Shown one piece after another: positions 30,001-42,293 of a stretch of 64,000 bases of DNA; within the stretch, counting starts at the first letter, position 1; each line of letters starts with the position of its first letter. Source of the DNA: Myxococcota bacterium (GTDB lineage: Bacteria; Myxococcota_A; UBA796; SXON01); the NCBI GenBank assembly GCA_040386535.1, contig JAZKFH010000039.1:64001-128000 (forward strand). The letters run 5' to 3'. The position numbers were made by a program, and so were the translations under genes. Below the pieces are notes generated by a model. The model did no database searches. It had not been told where the DNA came from and worked only from the letters and a program-made list of their open reading frames with translations.

Positions 30001-30845
30001 CGCTCTACGAGCGCGGCGTCCACACCGTGTCGCAAGGCCTCCGCCGCCCCGTGCCACGCCAACGCCGCCCGCAGGCGGGCCACCTCGGCCTCCGCGCCAC
30101 CCCGGGTCGCCGCCGCGCCCCGCCCGGCCGTCTCCAGGGCCTCGCGCGCGTCCGCCTTGGCGGGCTCCGCGTCCGCGAGCCGCGCCACCAGCTCGTCGAG
30201 CGCCTTCTGCTCGGCCGCCGTGCGCGCCCACGCCTCCTGCGAGAGCTCCCCGTAGATCTTCGTCCCCGTCATCTGTTCGAGCAGCGACGCGCGGTCCGCC
30301 GCTTTCGCCCGTAGGAAGGCGGCGAAGTCGCCCTGGGCCAGCAACACCGCGCGGCGGAACTGGTCAAAATCGAGGCCGAGCTCGGTCTCGATGGCGGCGA
30401 GGGTCTCGGTCAGCGTCCCGCCGACCCGCGCGCCGCCGATCTCTTCGAGCGTGAGGTCGGAAGATTGGAGCTTCCCCGCGACCGCGAGCCGGGCCCGCCG
30501 CACCGACCACCGCGCGCGCCACCGCCGCCCTTCGCGCCCGAGGAAGTCGACCTCGGCGTACCCCTCGGTCGCGCCGTCCCGCAGCAGGTTGCGCGGATCG
30601 TTCGCGGGGAGGCCGCGCATCGTGCCGTCCGTACGCCCCACCTCGACGCCGCCCTGCCCGCCGAGCCGGGGGGTCTTGTTGTAGAGGGCGACACACATCG
30701 CGTCGAGGATCGTGCTCTTGCCGGCCCCGGTCGGCCCGGCGATGGCGAACAGCCCGGCCGCGCCGAGCGGCCCGTCGACGAGATCGAGCTCGAAGAACCC
30801 CTCGAGGCTGGTGAGGTTCTTGCCGCGGATGGCGAGGATCCTCAT
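27099..30845 (-). CDS. sbcC: SbcC (Rad50-like) ATPase subunit
   Basis: GPTGAGKS Walker A, LAQGDF, CPLCG zinc hook, LSGGE signature, FIDEGFGTLD, ISH. Confidence 0.96.
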   Translation of the reverse strand: MRILAIRGKNLTSLEGFFELDLVDGPLGAAGLFAIAGPTGAGKSTILDAMCVALYNKTPRLGGQGGVEVGRTDGTMRGLPANDPRNLLRDGATEGYAEVDFLGREGRRWRARWSVRRARLAVAGKLQSSDLTLEEIGGARVGGTLTETLAAIETELGLDFDQFRRAVLLAQGDFAAFLRAKAADRASLLEQMTGTKIYGELSQEAWARTAAEQKALDELVARLADAEPAKADAREALETAGRGAAATRGGAEAEVARLRAALAWHGAAEALRHGVDAALVERKGAEDAREALADAREELAGAEAAEPARGAVEALDVAIGRAFVATSAVESGETAAVLAAKDAEEARGRSEKAALAVAEAEAARIAKGPALQEARAADVRVVEARRRAEAAALDAKGAADLARNAADALRARDGELAAADERLTALDQWLTRHAATATVAAEWGQLQVHLSVLAAEAPRRERAVAASAVLHAAAEQAATAHTQAITARDTSRLEADAAAKKAEAAREEVARLDATNQGEDFPLRRTRHEAHRDGLVRCADLLATWSRLGQERAVELAAVEAASAAAVEAEAARSRAALARAEQGARLAEARDGLRRAQAALDLTGHRAALVDGVPCPLCGAPDHPWADGSPLAGLVDDTSGRVAALDAEVARLGAVESAAGAKAAADTLEAARGRARVADKDKQRAALAQAWTAARVTPAPEALPEEDGAGALAAALTTGLAAALADVQAHLVRLTAEEREAARLGKAEVDALNAARACATRAADAVARADVAMRVREEAERAVAENVRVRDEAHGRAKSALDAAAAAFPTSDKWRAAATSDPAAFRDACAKEVADWHDKRADREDATTKRAALAVQRATAAATSAGQAEAAARAAEVAAMALTAKADVERLRAALLDGAPADAVEAALVATGAAARTAADEARTRAERLAAVATETRAVATAARAEAARRDAELADTRAAVARACAELDLDEPTLRARLARDRRWREDLRARLSAADRAVAEAVTRAAERTRAADAHAATDPPAEDRPTVLAALPAAEATQRAADDAWTAARAALLQDDDRRARSATLLPAVEAQRAVTDRWKVINKLIGSASGNVFRQFAQSLTLDRLLEQANVQLASLNPRYQLQRVPNVEMELQVVDLHMAEQVRPLTSLSGGETFLVSLALALGLAELAATRTRVESIFIDEGFGTLDTETLDVALSTLEGLRAEGRTVGVISHVGGLAERLGTWVSVRKVSPGRSRVEIVIG

Positions 30846-32101
30846 GGACGCTCCTGCACGGCGCCGAGGAGCTCGGCGAAACACGCGAGGTAGACGGGAT
30901 CGGGGTCCGTCTTGAACTCCTGGCGCCACCGCTTGAGGAACACGTCGTCGGGGGTGGCGTCGGCGAGCGAGCCGCCGGTCGAGTCGCCGAGGGACACGCC
31001 GCTGCCCGTGCGCTCGCGCGAGAGCTTCACCAGGCGCGCGGCGCGGCCGTCGAGCGCGGCCTCCACGCGGCGTTGCAGCCCGGGCTCGGGCTGATCCAGG
31101 CGCACGCACGCTTCGAGGAAGGGGCGGCGCCACTCGGGCACCGCGGGGTCGCGCGGGGGGAGCGCGAGCAGGGCGGCCTCGAGCTCGTCGACCGGGAGGG
31201 CGCCGGTGGGCGGCACGCGGAGCATCGCGGTGGCGCGCGGCACGCGGACGGCGCGCACCTCGGCGAGGCGCTCCCCGTCGAGCTTCACGACGTTCACCGC
31301 GTGGGGATAGCTCCGCTCGGGCATCGAGAGGGGGATGGGCGCGCCGCAGTACCGAACGCTCTCGCGCGTCCCGACGCTCTGGGCGAGGTGGAGGTGCCCG
31401 AGCGCCACGTAGGCGATGTCCTCCGGAAAGAGGGTGACGGGCAACGCGTGCTGGTTTCCGCCGAGGATCTTGCGCTCGGACAGGTCGGAGAGCGCGCCGC
31501 CGCTCATGTAGCAGTGCCCGGTCGCGACGAGCGCCTGGCCGGGCTGGCGCCGCGCCCGCGCCGCCTCCAGCGCGGACGCGTACACGCTGGCGACGCCCTC
31601 CACGAGCGCGTCCTCCGCGTCCACCACCACGGGCAGATCGGCGGGACGCAGGAAGGGCACCGCGACGACCCACGCGGCCACGGCGCCGTTCGCGTCGGTG
31701 AGGGGGACGAGGAGCCGGTCGAGGTCGAGCGCGCGCTCGGAGCGGGCGCCGGAGGGTGCGAGGCGGGGCAGGCCACCGACCATGTGGAGGCCGAGGGCCC
31801 GCAAGACCGCCGCGGGCGCGTCCAGGCGTTGGGCGGAGTCGTGGTTGCCGCCGACCAGCACGACGTCGATGCGCGGGAGGCGCTGCCGCAGCGTGACGAG
31901 GAAGCGGTACAGCTGCTCCTGGGCCTGCGCGGGCGGGTTGGAGCCGTCGAACAGGTCACCCGCGACGATCAGGGCGTCCGCCGCCTCGATCTGGGCGAGG
32001 TCGACCAGCCAGTCGAGGAAGGCCCCGTGCTCCTCGGCGCGGGAGTGGTCGTGCAGGGTGTGGCCGAGGTGCCAGTCAGACGTGTGGAGGAGGGTCAGCA
32101 T
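30842..32101 (-). CDS. sbcD: SbcD (Mre11-like) nuclease subunit
   Basis: HTSDWHLG, AGDLFD, GNHDS, ALGHLH. Stop overlaps the sbcC start. Confidence 0.96.
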   Translation of the reverse strand: MLTLLHTSDWHLGHTLHDHSRAEEHGAFLDWLVDLAQIEAADALIVAGDLFDGSNPPAQAQEQLYRFLVTLRQRLPRIDVVLVGGNHDSAQRLDAPAAVLRALGLHMVGGLPRLAPSGARSERALDLDRLLVPLTDANGAVAAWVVAVPFLRPADLPVVVDAEDALVEGVASVYASALEAARARRQPGQALVATGHCYMSGGALSDLSERKILGGNQHALPVTLFPEDIAYVALGHLHLAQSVGTRESVRYCGAPIPLSMPERSYPHAVNVVKLDGERLAEVRAVRVPRATAMLRVPPTGALPVDELEAALLALPPRDPAVPEWRRPFLEACVRLDQPEPGLQRRVEAALDGRAARLVKLSRERTGSGVSLGDSTGGSLADATPDDVFLKRWRQEFKTDPDPVYLACFAELLGAVQERP

Positions 32102-32190
32102 CGCGGGGGCATCCTCTCCCGCGGAGCCCGCGAAGGCAACGCGGTGGCCGCCCGCGCGCCTCCGTGTCAAACCGGGAGGCAGAGGTGTGA

Positions 32191-32583
32191 GTGGTCCTGT
32201 TCCTCCTCGGCCTCGCCGGGCTCGGATGTGCCGCTGGAGACGGCGAGACGGCGCTTCCGCCGCCGGGCCTCGCCGCCGACATCCAGCCCCTCCTCGATCG
32301 CAACTGTGTCGATGCGTGCCACGGCGGGGCCGCTCCCTCCGGCGAGCTCGACCTGTCGCCGGGCCGCGCCTACGACGCGCTCGTGGGGATGGCGAGCGTG
32401 CAGGCTCCCGATCTGTTGCGGGTGGCCTCGGGGGACCCCGACGGGAGCTACCTCGTCGCGAAGCTCGAAGGCCGGCAGGCCGCCGCCGGCGGGAGCGGCA
32501 CGGGCATGCCCCCCGCGTTCGTCCTCTCCTCGGGCGAGATCGCCGCCGTGCGGGCGTGGATCGCCGCGGGCGCGGCCGAGTAG
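32191..32583 (+). CDS. c-type cytochrome-like lipoprotein with a CX3CH motif
   Basis: Lipobox GLGC, CVDACH, LDL, GDPDGSYL..K, GMP, WIAAGA. Resembles the protein at 13387-13818. Confidence 0.7.
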   Translation: MVLFLLGLAGLGCAAGDGETALPPPGLAADIQPLLDRNCVDACHGGAAPSGELDLSPGRAYDALVGMASVQAPDLLRVASGDPDGSYLVAKLEGRQAAAGGSGTGMPPAFVLSSGEIAAVRAWIAAGAAE

Positions 32584-32668
32584 TCGGCCCCGGCTCGACC
32601 GGGTTCCGCTATCGCAACCCTTGCGTTTTGTAGGTTGTCGGCTCGCGAATGGTATAGGCTTGCCGCCG

Positions 32669-35209
<2,541 letters not shown>

Positions 35210-35227
35210 GATCCCTCCGCGACCCGC

Positions 35228-36223
35228 TCAGCCGGGGAGGTGTGCCTTCCACCACGCCGCCGTCCGCTCCAGCGCCTCCTCCGGGCCGACCTCGGGCGTG
35301 TAGCCGAAGTCGCGCACGGCGGGGCCGATGTCGTAGGCATGGGAGGTGCCGAGCTGGGCGGCCACGAAGCGGGTCATCGGGGGCTCGCCGGCCAGGCCGA
35401 AGAGGGACCAGACGGCCTCGGCGATGGTCCCGGCGAACCGCGCCACGCCGACCGACACCTTGCGCGTGACCGGGGGGATGCCGACGCGACCGAACAGATC
35501 GTTGGCCCAGGCCCAGACGAGGACCGGCTCGGGATCGTTGACGAAGTAGGCGCGGCCGGAACACGGGGCGCCGGGGGCAAGGGCCGCGGCCGCCTGGAGG
35601 TGGGCGGCGCCGGCGTTGTCGACGTAGCTGACGGACACGCGGTTCTGGCCGTCCCCGACGATGCGGAGGCGGCCGGCCCGGGCGCGGGTGAACAGCCGCG
35701 GGAGGATGTGGGGATCGCGGGGGCCCCAGATGAGGTGGGGGCGCAGCGCGATCGTCGCGAGCGTGGGGCTGTTCGCCGCGAGGACCAGGCGCTCGGCGCG
35801 AGCCTTGGTCTCGGAGTAGTGGTTCTCGTGCGTCTCCGGGTAGGGCGCCTCGGAGATGCCGACGTGGTCCTTGCCGTCGAACACCACGCTCGGGGAGCTG
35901 GTGTAGACGAGGCGCGTGATCCCGTGCGCCTTGCAGGCGGCCAGCACGTTCTCCGTGCCGGTGACGTTCGCGCGCTCGTAGTCCTCCTTCTTGCCCCACA
36001 CGCCGGCCTTCGCCGCGACGTGGAACACGATGTCGGGGCCCGCGGCGGCCGCGAGGACCGCGCCCGCGTCGCTGATGTCGGCCCGCACGAGCCGCGCGCC
36101 GAGCGCCGCCACCTCGGGGTACTCGCCGCGCGCGAGCACGGTCACGGTGTCGCCGCGGGCGCGAAGGCGCCGGACGATTTCGAGGCCGAGGAAGCCGCCG
36201 CCGCCGGTGACGAGGGCGTTCAT
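35228..36223 (-). CDS. oleD: OleD, NAD(P)H-dependent 2-alkyl-3-oxoalkanoate reductase (3beta-HSD-like SDR)
   Basis: GGGGFLG, YTSSPSVV, YSETK, LRPHLIWGPRD. Last gene of the ole operon. Confidence 0.9.
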   Translation of the reverse strand: MNALVTGGGGFLGLEIVRRLRARGDTVTVLARGEYPEVAALGARLVRADISDAGAVLAAAAGPDIVFHVAAKAGVWGKKEDYERANVTGTENVLAACKAHGITRLVYTSSPSVVFDGKDHVGISEAPYPETHENHYSETKARAERLVLAANSPTLATIALRPHLIWGPRDPHILPRLFTRARAGRLRIVGDGQNRVSVSYVDNAGAAHLQAAAALAPGAPCSGRAYFVNDPEPVLVWAWANDLFGRVGIPPVTRKVSVGVARFAGTIAEAVWSLFGLAGEPPMTRFVAAQLGTSHAYDIGPAVRDFGYTPEVGPEEALERTAAWWKAHLPG

Positions 36224-37794
36224 CGGGCCGCCAGCGCGGTCGACACCCGCGGCTCCGCCCAGAGCGCGAGCGTGTGGCGGTGGATCTTGGCGTTGTGCCG
36301 CACGTCGACCGGGAACGCCGCGTAGAACAACACCGCCTCCAACACGGGCACCTTCTCGCGCAGGCGCTTCGCCAACGCGTCGTCGGGGGCGCCCTCTACG
36401 ATCAGCACGGGGCGCTGCTTTCCGGGCTCGCCCACCCCGACCAGCGCGGTGCGGCGGTCGCCGTTGCACATGCCCTCGATCTTGTCGGTGTAGAGTTCCC
36501 CAGCGGCAGTGCGGACACGCTCGCCCTTGCGGCCGCAGAACCAGATGCGGCCCTTCTCGTCGCGGTAGCCGACATCGCCCATGCGGTGCCACACCGCCGC
36601 GCCGTCGGCGATCTTGGCGCTCGCGGTGGCCTCGGCGCGGTTGGCGTAGGTGCGGGTCACGACGGGCCCCTTGACGCAGATCTCGCCGACCTCACCGTCG
36701 GGAACGCAGAGCTGCTCGGACCAGGTGGCGATCGGGTTGTCCGTGATGCGGATCAACCGGATCTCCATGTGCGCGGCGGGCCGGCCGACACATGTGCCCG
36801 CCCCCGCGAGCGTGGCGGCGGCGGTGTCCCCGACGATCTCCTTGCCGGTCATGTTGGCGACCGGGAGCGACTCGGTGGCGCCGTAGGGCGTCTGCACGTC
36901 GCCGCCGATGACCTGGTGGAGCTGCTCCACGAGAAGCGGCGGGACCGGCGCGCCGGCGATGAGGACCCGCTGGAGCTCGGGGAGCTTGATGCCGTTGGCG
37001 ATGCAGTAGGGGGCGACCCGCCGCCAGATCGCGGGCGATCCGAAGGCGGTGGTGCAGTGGTTGTCGCGCAGGGCGGCGACCACCTTCGCGGGATCACACG
37101 TGCCGGGGCGCGACGGGTTCACGTCGGGGATGACGCTGGTCATGCCGAGCGCGCCGTCGAACAGGGAGAACAGCGGGAAGGCGGCGCAGTCGATCTCGCC
37201 GGGGCGGAAGCCGTAGGTGTCGAGCAGCGCGGTGACCTGGGCCTCGAACATGCCGTGCGTGTAGACGACGCCCTTGGCCGGCCCGGTGCTGCCCGAGGTG
37301 AACAACACGGCGGCCTCGTCCCCGTCCGCCGTCTCCGCGATGGTGAACGGGCGCTCGTTCGTGGCGAGGCCCGCGAGGGTGGGGCCGCCCCAGAACCAGC
37401 GCGTGCCCACGGTCACGTGGGTCTTGACGCTGGTGAACGATCCCGCGAAGACGACGCGAAGCGCGTGCGCCAGGGGGATGCCGACCATGGCGGTGGGCGC
37501 CATGTCCGCGACGCAACGCAAGAACGGCTTGACGCCCATGCCGGGGTCGATGAGGACGGGCACGACGCCGGCCTTCATCATCCCGTAGGTGACGGCGATG
37601 AGATCGACGCCCGCCTTCACCATCAGGAGGGTGCGCTCGCCCCGCTGGATGCCTGCCGCCTGGAGCGCGTGGGCATAGCGGTCCGAACGCTGGTCGAGCT
37701 CCTTGAAGGTCACCCGTTGCCGACCCGCGATGACCGCGGCCTGATCGGGACGGGCAGCGGCCTGGAGGGGGAGGTGACGGGCGATGTTGATCAC
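36220..37794 (-). CDS. oleC: OleC, beta-lactone synthetase (AMP-dependent ligase family)
   Basis: LIDPGMG, FTSGSTGPAKG, TPYGATE, HRMGD, FPVDVRHNAKI. Confidence 0.92.
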   Translation of the reverse strand: MINIARHLPLQAAARPDQAAVIAGRQRVTFKELDQRSDRYAHALQAAGIQRGERTLLMVKAGVDLIAVTYGMMKAGVVPVLIDPGMGVKPFLRCVADMAPTAMVGIPLAHALRVVFAGSFTSVKTHVTVGTRWFWGGPTLAGLATNERPFTIAETADGDEAAVLFTSGSTGPAKGVVYTHGMFEAQVTALLDTYGFRPGEIDCAAFPLFSLFDGALGMTSVIPDVNPSRPGTCDPAKVVAALRDNHCTTAFGSPAIWRRVAPYCIANGIKLPELQRVLIAGAPVPPLLVEQLHQVIGGDVQTPYGATESLPVANMTGKEIVGDTAAATLAGAGTCVGRPAAHMEIRLIRITDNPIATWSEQLCVPDGEVGEICVKGPVVTRTYANRAEATASAKIADGAAVWHRMGDVGYRDEKGRIWFCGRKGERVRTAAGELYTDKIEGMCNGDRRTALVGVGEPGKQRPVLIVEGAPDDALAKRLREKVPVLEAVLFYAAFPVDVRHNAKIHRHTLALWAEPRVSTALAAR

Positions 37795-37821
37795 GACTTC
37801 ACCTGCGGCTGCCGGAGGCTA

Positions 37822-38811
37822 TCACTCGGCTTCGGGGTTGGTCCGGGTGGCGGAGCTCTCGTCGTCCGCCGCGACCGCCATCCGCCGCTGCTTCTTGGGC
37901 GGCTCGGGCTTCTTGCGCGCCGCCTCGTCCTGCGCGCCCGAGGCGAACGCGCGTACGATCGGCAGCAGCTCGGCCCTTGCGTCCTCGATCACGTAGTGAC
38001 CGGCATCCGCGAAGCGGTGCACCAACGCGCCGGGGAAGCGACGCTCCCAGTCCTGGCGGAAGGTGTGGTTGAAGCACCAGTCCTTGTCACCCCACCCGAT
38101 GAGCACCGGGTGGTCGGTGAACTTGAGCAGGCCCTTCTCCACCTCGAGCAGGGTGTTCCACGAGGGGTGGTCGGCGCGCATCGGGATGTCCTCCACGAAG
38201 CGCTGCACGGCCACGCGGTGGGCCCAGGTGTCGTAGGGGGCGAGCAGGCCGGCGCGCACGTCGGGGGCGAGGCCCTTCTCGGTCGCCATGTAGATGGCGG
38301 CGCCCGCGAAGCCGTTGAGGCCGCGCACGGCGAGGGGGCCGAGGCCCGGGACGCGGCACACCGCGATGCGGAAGGGGATGCGGGGGCTCGGGAAGGCGCC
38401 GGTGTTGAAGACGCCGATGCGGGCGATGCGATCGGGCTGGCGCGCCGCCATCCCCATGCCGATGGCGCCGCCCCAGTCGTGCATCAGGAGGGTCACATTG
38501 CGCAGGTCGAGCGCGACGACGAGCGACTCGAGCCGGTCGATGTGGTCGGCGAGGCGGTACGGCCCCTCCTCGGGCTTGTCGGACAGGCCGCAGCCGAGGT
38601 GGTCGACCGCGACGACGCGGTGGGCGCCGCGCAGATCGGCGATGAACTCGCGCCAGTAGAACGACCACGTCGGGTTGCCGTGCACCATGAGCACGGGGCC
38701 GCCGGTCGGCTCGGCCGGGCTCTCGTCCACGTAGTGCATGCGGTGGGAGCCCACCGTGTGCCAGTGCGACGCGAAGGGGTACAACGCGCGCCAGGGCTCG
38801 GGCGCGCTCAC
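37822..38811 (-). CDS. oleB: OleB, beta-lactone decarboxylase (haloalkane dehalogenase-like)
   Basis: HGNPTWSF, HDWGG, WGDKDWCF, AGHYVIED. Lies between oleA and oleC. Confidence 0.9.
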   Translation of the reverse strand: MSAPEPWRALYPFASHWHTVGSHRMHYVDESPAEPTGGPVLMVHGNPTWSFYWREFIADLRGAHRVVAVDHLGCGLSDKPEEGPYRLADHIDRLESLVVALDLRNVTLLMHDWGGAIGMGMAARQPDRIARIGVFNTGAFPSPRIPFRIAVCRVPGLGPLAVRGLNGFAGAAIYMATEKGLAPDVRAGLLAPYDTWAHRVAVQRFVEDIPMRADHPSWNTLLEVEKGLLKFTDHPVLIGWGDKDWCFNHTFRQDWERRFPGALVHRFADAGHYVIEDARAELLPIVRAFASGAQDEAARKKPEPPKKQRRMAVAADDESSATRTNPEAE

Positions 38812-39827
38812 CAGGTCACGCTCATCATCGCGACGTTCAGGCCGGAGCCGATCCCCATGAGCCCCACGTGGTCGCCCGGGCGGATGCGCCCGGCCTCGTG
38901 CGCGAGCGCCAGCGTGAGCGGAACCGCGGCGGGGCCGACGTTTCCGAACGTGGGGTAGGTGAGGAAACACTTCTGCTGCGGGATGCCGAGCGCCTGGCAG
39001 ATGGCGACCATGTGCGACTTGCCGACCTGGTGCAGGATGAACTGGTCGATGCCGACGGCCGACCAGTTCGGCAGCGCCTCGGCGGCGTGCGCCCAGGTGC
39101 GGCCGGCCAGCGCGACGCCGGCCTTCAACAGGCGCGTGGAGTCGGTCACCATGCTCTCGGCGGTGCCGAGGCACAGGCGGTTGTTCTCGGTGTCGGAGCG
39201 CGACACGGAGCCGTTCACGCGGTGCCCGGTGCGGGTGCGGCTGGTGTGGCCGAGCACCATCGCGACCGCGGCGGAGCCGAGCGTGAGTGTCGCGAAGTTG
39301 TCCCAGAAGTCCTTGCTGGTGGCTTCCGGGCCGACGAGCCGCTTGAGCGTGGCGTCGACGATGTTTCCGGAGCTCTCGCCGTCGACGATCAGCGCGTAGT
39401 CGATCACGCCGGCCTCGATCATCCGGCCGGCGACCTCGATCCCGTTCATGAAGCCGAGGCACGCGTTGGCGAGGTCGAAGCTGGCGCAGCGTGTGTCGAG
39501 CCCGAGCTCGCCGTGCACGAGGCTCGCGACCGACGGCTCCAGGTAGTCCTTGGAGACCGACGTGCTGATGAGCAGGCCGACCTCGCCCGCGTCGATGCCC
39601 GCGTCCGCCAGGGCCTTGCGCCCGGCGCGCGCGGCGACCTCGGAGACCAGCGTGCCGCGGTCCCAGAAGCCGCGCTCGGTGATTCCGGTGAGCAACTCGA
39701 TGGGGTGGGGCGGGAGGCGCATCCGCGCCATCGCGCCGTTCAAACGGTCCTCGAGCTGCTCGCTCGTCACCTTGTGGGGCGCGAGTTCGTAGCTCAGGCT
39801 CTCGATGGTGAGGTCTCGGAAGAGCAT
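38808..39827 (-). CDS. oleA: OleA, FabH-like head-to-head acyl-CoA condensing enzyme
   Basis: LEPSVA (Glu), NACLGF (Cys), HQV, GNVGPA, TLGSAA, GIGSGLN. Confidence 0.92.
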   Translation of the reverse strand: MLFRDLTIESLSYELAPHKVTSEQLEDRLNGAMARMRLPPHPIELLTGITERGFWDRGTLVSEVAARAGRKALADAGIDAGEVGLLISTSVSKDYLEPSVASLVHGELGLDTRCASFDLANACLGFMNGIEVAGRMIEAGVIDYALIVDGESSGNIVDATLKRLVGPEATSKDFWDNFATLTLGSAAVAMVLGHTSRTRTGHRVNGSVSRSDTENNRLCLGTAESMVTDSTRLLKAGVALAGRTWAHAAEALPNWSAVGIDQFILHQVGKSHMVAICQALGIPQQKCFLTYPTFGNVGPAAVPLTLALAHEAGRIRPGDHVGLMGIGSGLNVAMMSVTW

Positions 39828-39901
39828 AGGTACCGTGCGGCGCGAGCGTGTATACCGGATGACGTTCGGCTGCACGGGCGCCTCCGGTATAGAAGGGCCC
39901 G

Positions 39902-40909
39902 ATGCGTAGACAAGGCGAGCGGCGCGGGGTGCTCCTCCTCAACCTCGGGACGCCGGACGCGCCCGAAACCGGGGCCGTACGCCGCTACCTGCGCGAGTTC
40001 CTGATGGACGGGCGCGTGCTCGACATCCCGACGCCGGCGCGTTGGATCCTGGTCAACCTGCTCATCACGCCCACCCGCTCCCCGAAGAGCGCAAAGGCCT
40101 ATCGAGCGGTGTGGCTCAAAGACGGATCGCCCCTGCTCGTGTACAGCCGGGCGATCGTTTCGGCGGTGGAGAAGGAGCTCGGCGAACACGTCACGCTCGC
40201 GATGCGCTACGGCAACCCGTCCATCGAGGCGGCGATCGCCGAGCTTGGTGAGGTGGATCGCATCGTGGTGGTGCCGCTCTACCCCCAGTACGCCTCGTCC
40301 TCGACCGGCACCGCGCTCGAGGCGCTGTTCGCCGCCCTGTCGAAGCGCGCGTTCGTGCCGCCCGTCTCGGTGCTGCCGCCCTTCTTCGACGACCCCGGCT
40401 TCCTCGACGCGCAAGCCGCGCTCGCCCGCCCGATGGTCGCCGGCGCGGACCACGTGCTGTTCAGCTACCACAGCCTGCCCGAGCGCCACATCAAGGCGGC
40501 GTCGAGCACGTGCGAGCTCACGACGCGGTGCTGCGTGCCCGGGTCCGGCAAGGTGCCGCCCTACTGCTACCGCGCCCAGTGCCTCGCCACGACGCGGGGC
40601 CTCGTGTCGCGCCTCGGGCTGGCGGAGGGCGCGTTCAGCGAGAGCTTCCAGAGCCGCCTCGGGCGCGAGGAGTGGCTCAAGCCCGCCACGGACAAGGTGG
40701 TGCCCGAGCTGGCGCGGCGCGGCGTCAAGCGCCTCACCGTCGTCTGCCCCTCGTTCGTGGCGGATTGCCTCGAGACGCTGGAGGAGATCGGCATCCGCGC
40801 GCGCGAGGAGTTCCTGGCCGCGGGTGGCGAGGAGCTGCGCCTCGTGCCGTGCCTCAACGGCGACCCGACGTTCGCGGCGGCGCTCGCGCGGCGGATCGCG
40901 GAGCTCTGA
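39902..40909 (+). CDS. hemH: Ferrochelatase
   Basis: LLNLGTP, MRYGNPS, PLYPQY, FSYHSLP, FQSRLG, WLKP, DCLETLEEI. Confidence 0.96.
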   Translation: MRRQGERRGVLLLNLGTPDAPETGAVRRYLREFLMDGRVLDIPTPARWILVNLLITPTRSPKSAKAYRAVWLKDGSPLLVYSRAIVSAVEKELGEHVTLAMRYGNPSIEAAIAELGEVDRIVVVPLYPQYASSSTGTALEALFAALSKRAFVPPVSVLPPFFDDPGFLDAQAALARPMVAGADHVLFSYHSLPERHIKAASSTCELTTRCCVPGSGKVPPYCYRAQCLATTRGLVSRLGLAEGAFSESFQSRLGREEWLKPATDKVVPELARRGVKRLTVVCPSFVADCLETLEEIGIRAREEFLAAGGEELRLVPCLNGDPTFAAALARRIAEL

Positions 40910-40927
40910 CCCGTTGGTATCGTGGCG

Positions 40928-42178
40928 TCAGCGCCACATGTGCAGGAACAACAGCGTCTGCCACGTGCCCCGGGAGATCGGCAGCTCGGCCCAGATCGGC
41001 ACGTAGAGCACGAAGACGGTCGCGACGACGCCGAGGACCACCCAGCCGAGACGCGGGCGCATGCGGAAGAGGCGCGCAGTGGCGCCCGCAAGCAGGATCA
41101 CCCCGAAGACGTAGGCGGGGAGGTAGTGGTAGACGTAGGAGTCGCGGCGCGTGACCACCCACGGCAGGATCGGCAGCGCCCAGAGCAGCAGCAGCCAGCA
41201 GATCGCCCGCGCGTCCGCGCCGAACAGGCCGGGGGCCGTCTCACGGACCCGGGCGATCCACGCGCGCGGCGAACGGAGGACGCTCACGATGGTTCCGAGC
41301 ACCACCAGCTCGCTCCCCCACCACACGGCGAGGTTGCCGAGCGAGTTCATGGTGCGGATCACGCCGTCCGCCTTGTCCAGCCGCATGACGACGGGCCGCA
41401 CCGGCAGGAACCACGTGTACCAGGGGGAGACCCAGCGGTGGGTCCACTCGGTCTTGGTGAGGTGCTCGTTGTAGAGCCGCGCCGTGTGGGTGACCACGTC
41501 CATCGGCGAGGAGAGCAGGTCGTTCGCGGCGAGTCCGGCGGCGAAGAGCAGCCAGTAGGTCAGCGGCGCGAAGGCCACGAACGCGAGGGTGGACCGCGGG
41601 AGGCCGTTGGCGAAACACGCCAGGATCACGGGCACGAGCGCCACGATCCCGCTGAACTTCACGCACGCGGCCGCCCCCGCGAGCATGGCCGCGATCCCGA
41701 CGTGCGCCGGCCGCCGCGCGGTGAACGAGACGAGCGCGCTCGCCAGGATCAACGCGGTGAGGGGGCCGTCGAGCAGGGCGGTGCGCGAGTACACGAGCAG
41801 GAAGCCGTCGGCCGCCACGAAGGCCGCGGCGAGCACGGCCGCGATGCGATCGCGGAAGATCGCCCGGGCGAGGGCAGCCGCGAGGCCGATGTTGGCGAGC
41901 CCGGCCAGGAAGCTCGGGACGCGCCACGCCCACGGGTGGTCCCCGAACACGCCGATCGCGAACGCCATCAGGAGCTTGCCGAGCGGCGGGTGGTCGTTGC
42001 CGTCGCGGTAACTCACGAGGTAGCGGCGGGCGTTCTTGACGAAGTGCCGCTCGTCGAAGCTGAACTCGACGGGCAGGTCGAGGTTGCGCGCGCGGAAGTA
42101 GATCCCCACCCCGACGAGGAGCGCGCAGAGGAGCCACAGCCAACGCTCGCCGCGGAGTGGGGTTGGACCAGCGTTCAC
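40928..42178 (-). CDS. PMT/GT39-family protein O-mannosyltransferase-like GT-C enzyme
   Basis: FDERHF (DE motif), DHPPLGK, SRTALLD, CVKFSG, H.W.SPWYTW...RP, YVYHYLP, multiple TM helices. Confidence 0.85.
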   Translation of the reverse strand: MNAGPTPLRGERWLWLLCALLVGVGIYFRARNLDLPVEFSFDERHFVKNARRYLVSYRDGNDHPPLGKLLMAFAIGVFGDHPWAWRVPSFLAGLANIGLAAALARAIFRDRIAAVLAAAFVAADGFLLVYSRTALLDGPLTALILASALVSFTARRPAHVGIAAMLAGAAACVKFSGIVALVPVILACFANGLPRSTLAFVAFAPLTYWLLFAAGLAANDLLSSPMDVVTHTARLYNEHLTKTEWTHRWVSPWYTWFLPVRPVVMRLDKADGVIRTMNSLGNLAVWWGSELVVLGTIVSVLRSPRAWIARVRETAPGLFGADARAICWLLLLWALPILPWVVTRRDSYVYHYLPAYVFGVILLAGATARLFRMRPRLGWVVLGVVATVFVLYVPIWAELPISRGTWQTLLFLHMWR

Positions 42179-42228
42179 GGCGCTGCCTACTCCGTGGGGG
42201 CCGCGGGCACCACGGCCGAGCGCCTCCC

Positions 42229-42263
42229 AAAAGCGGAGACGCCGCCCCCCGAAGGGGACGGCG
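42229..42263 (-). terminator. Possible terminator hairpin after the lectin lipoprotein gene
   Basis: CGCCG-CCCCCC-GAA-GGGGA-CGGCG stem, with a short T run nearby on the minus strand. Confidence 0.4.
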
Positions 42264-42293
42264 CCGTGGTCTCGAGCGGGGTTCAGGCGGTCG

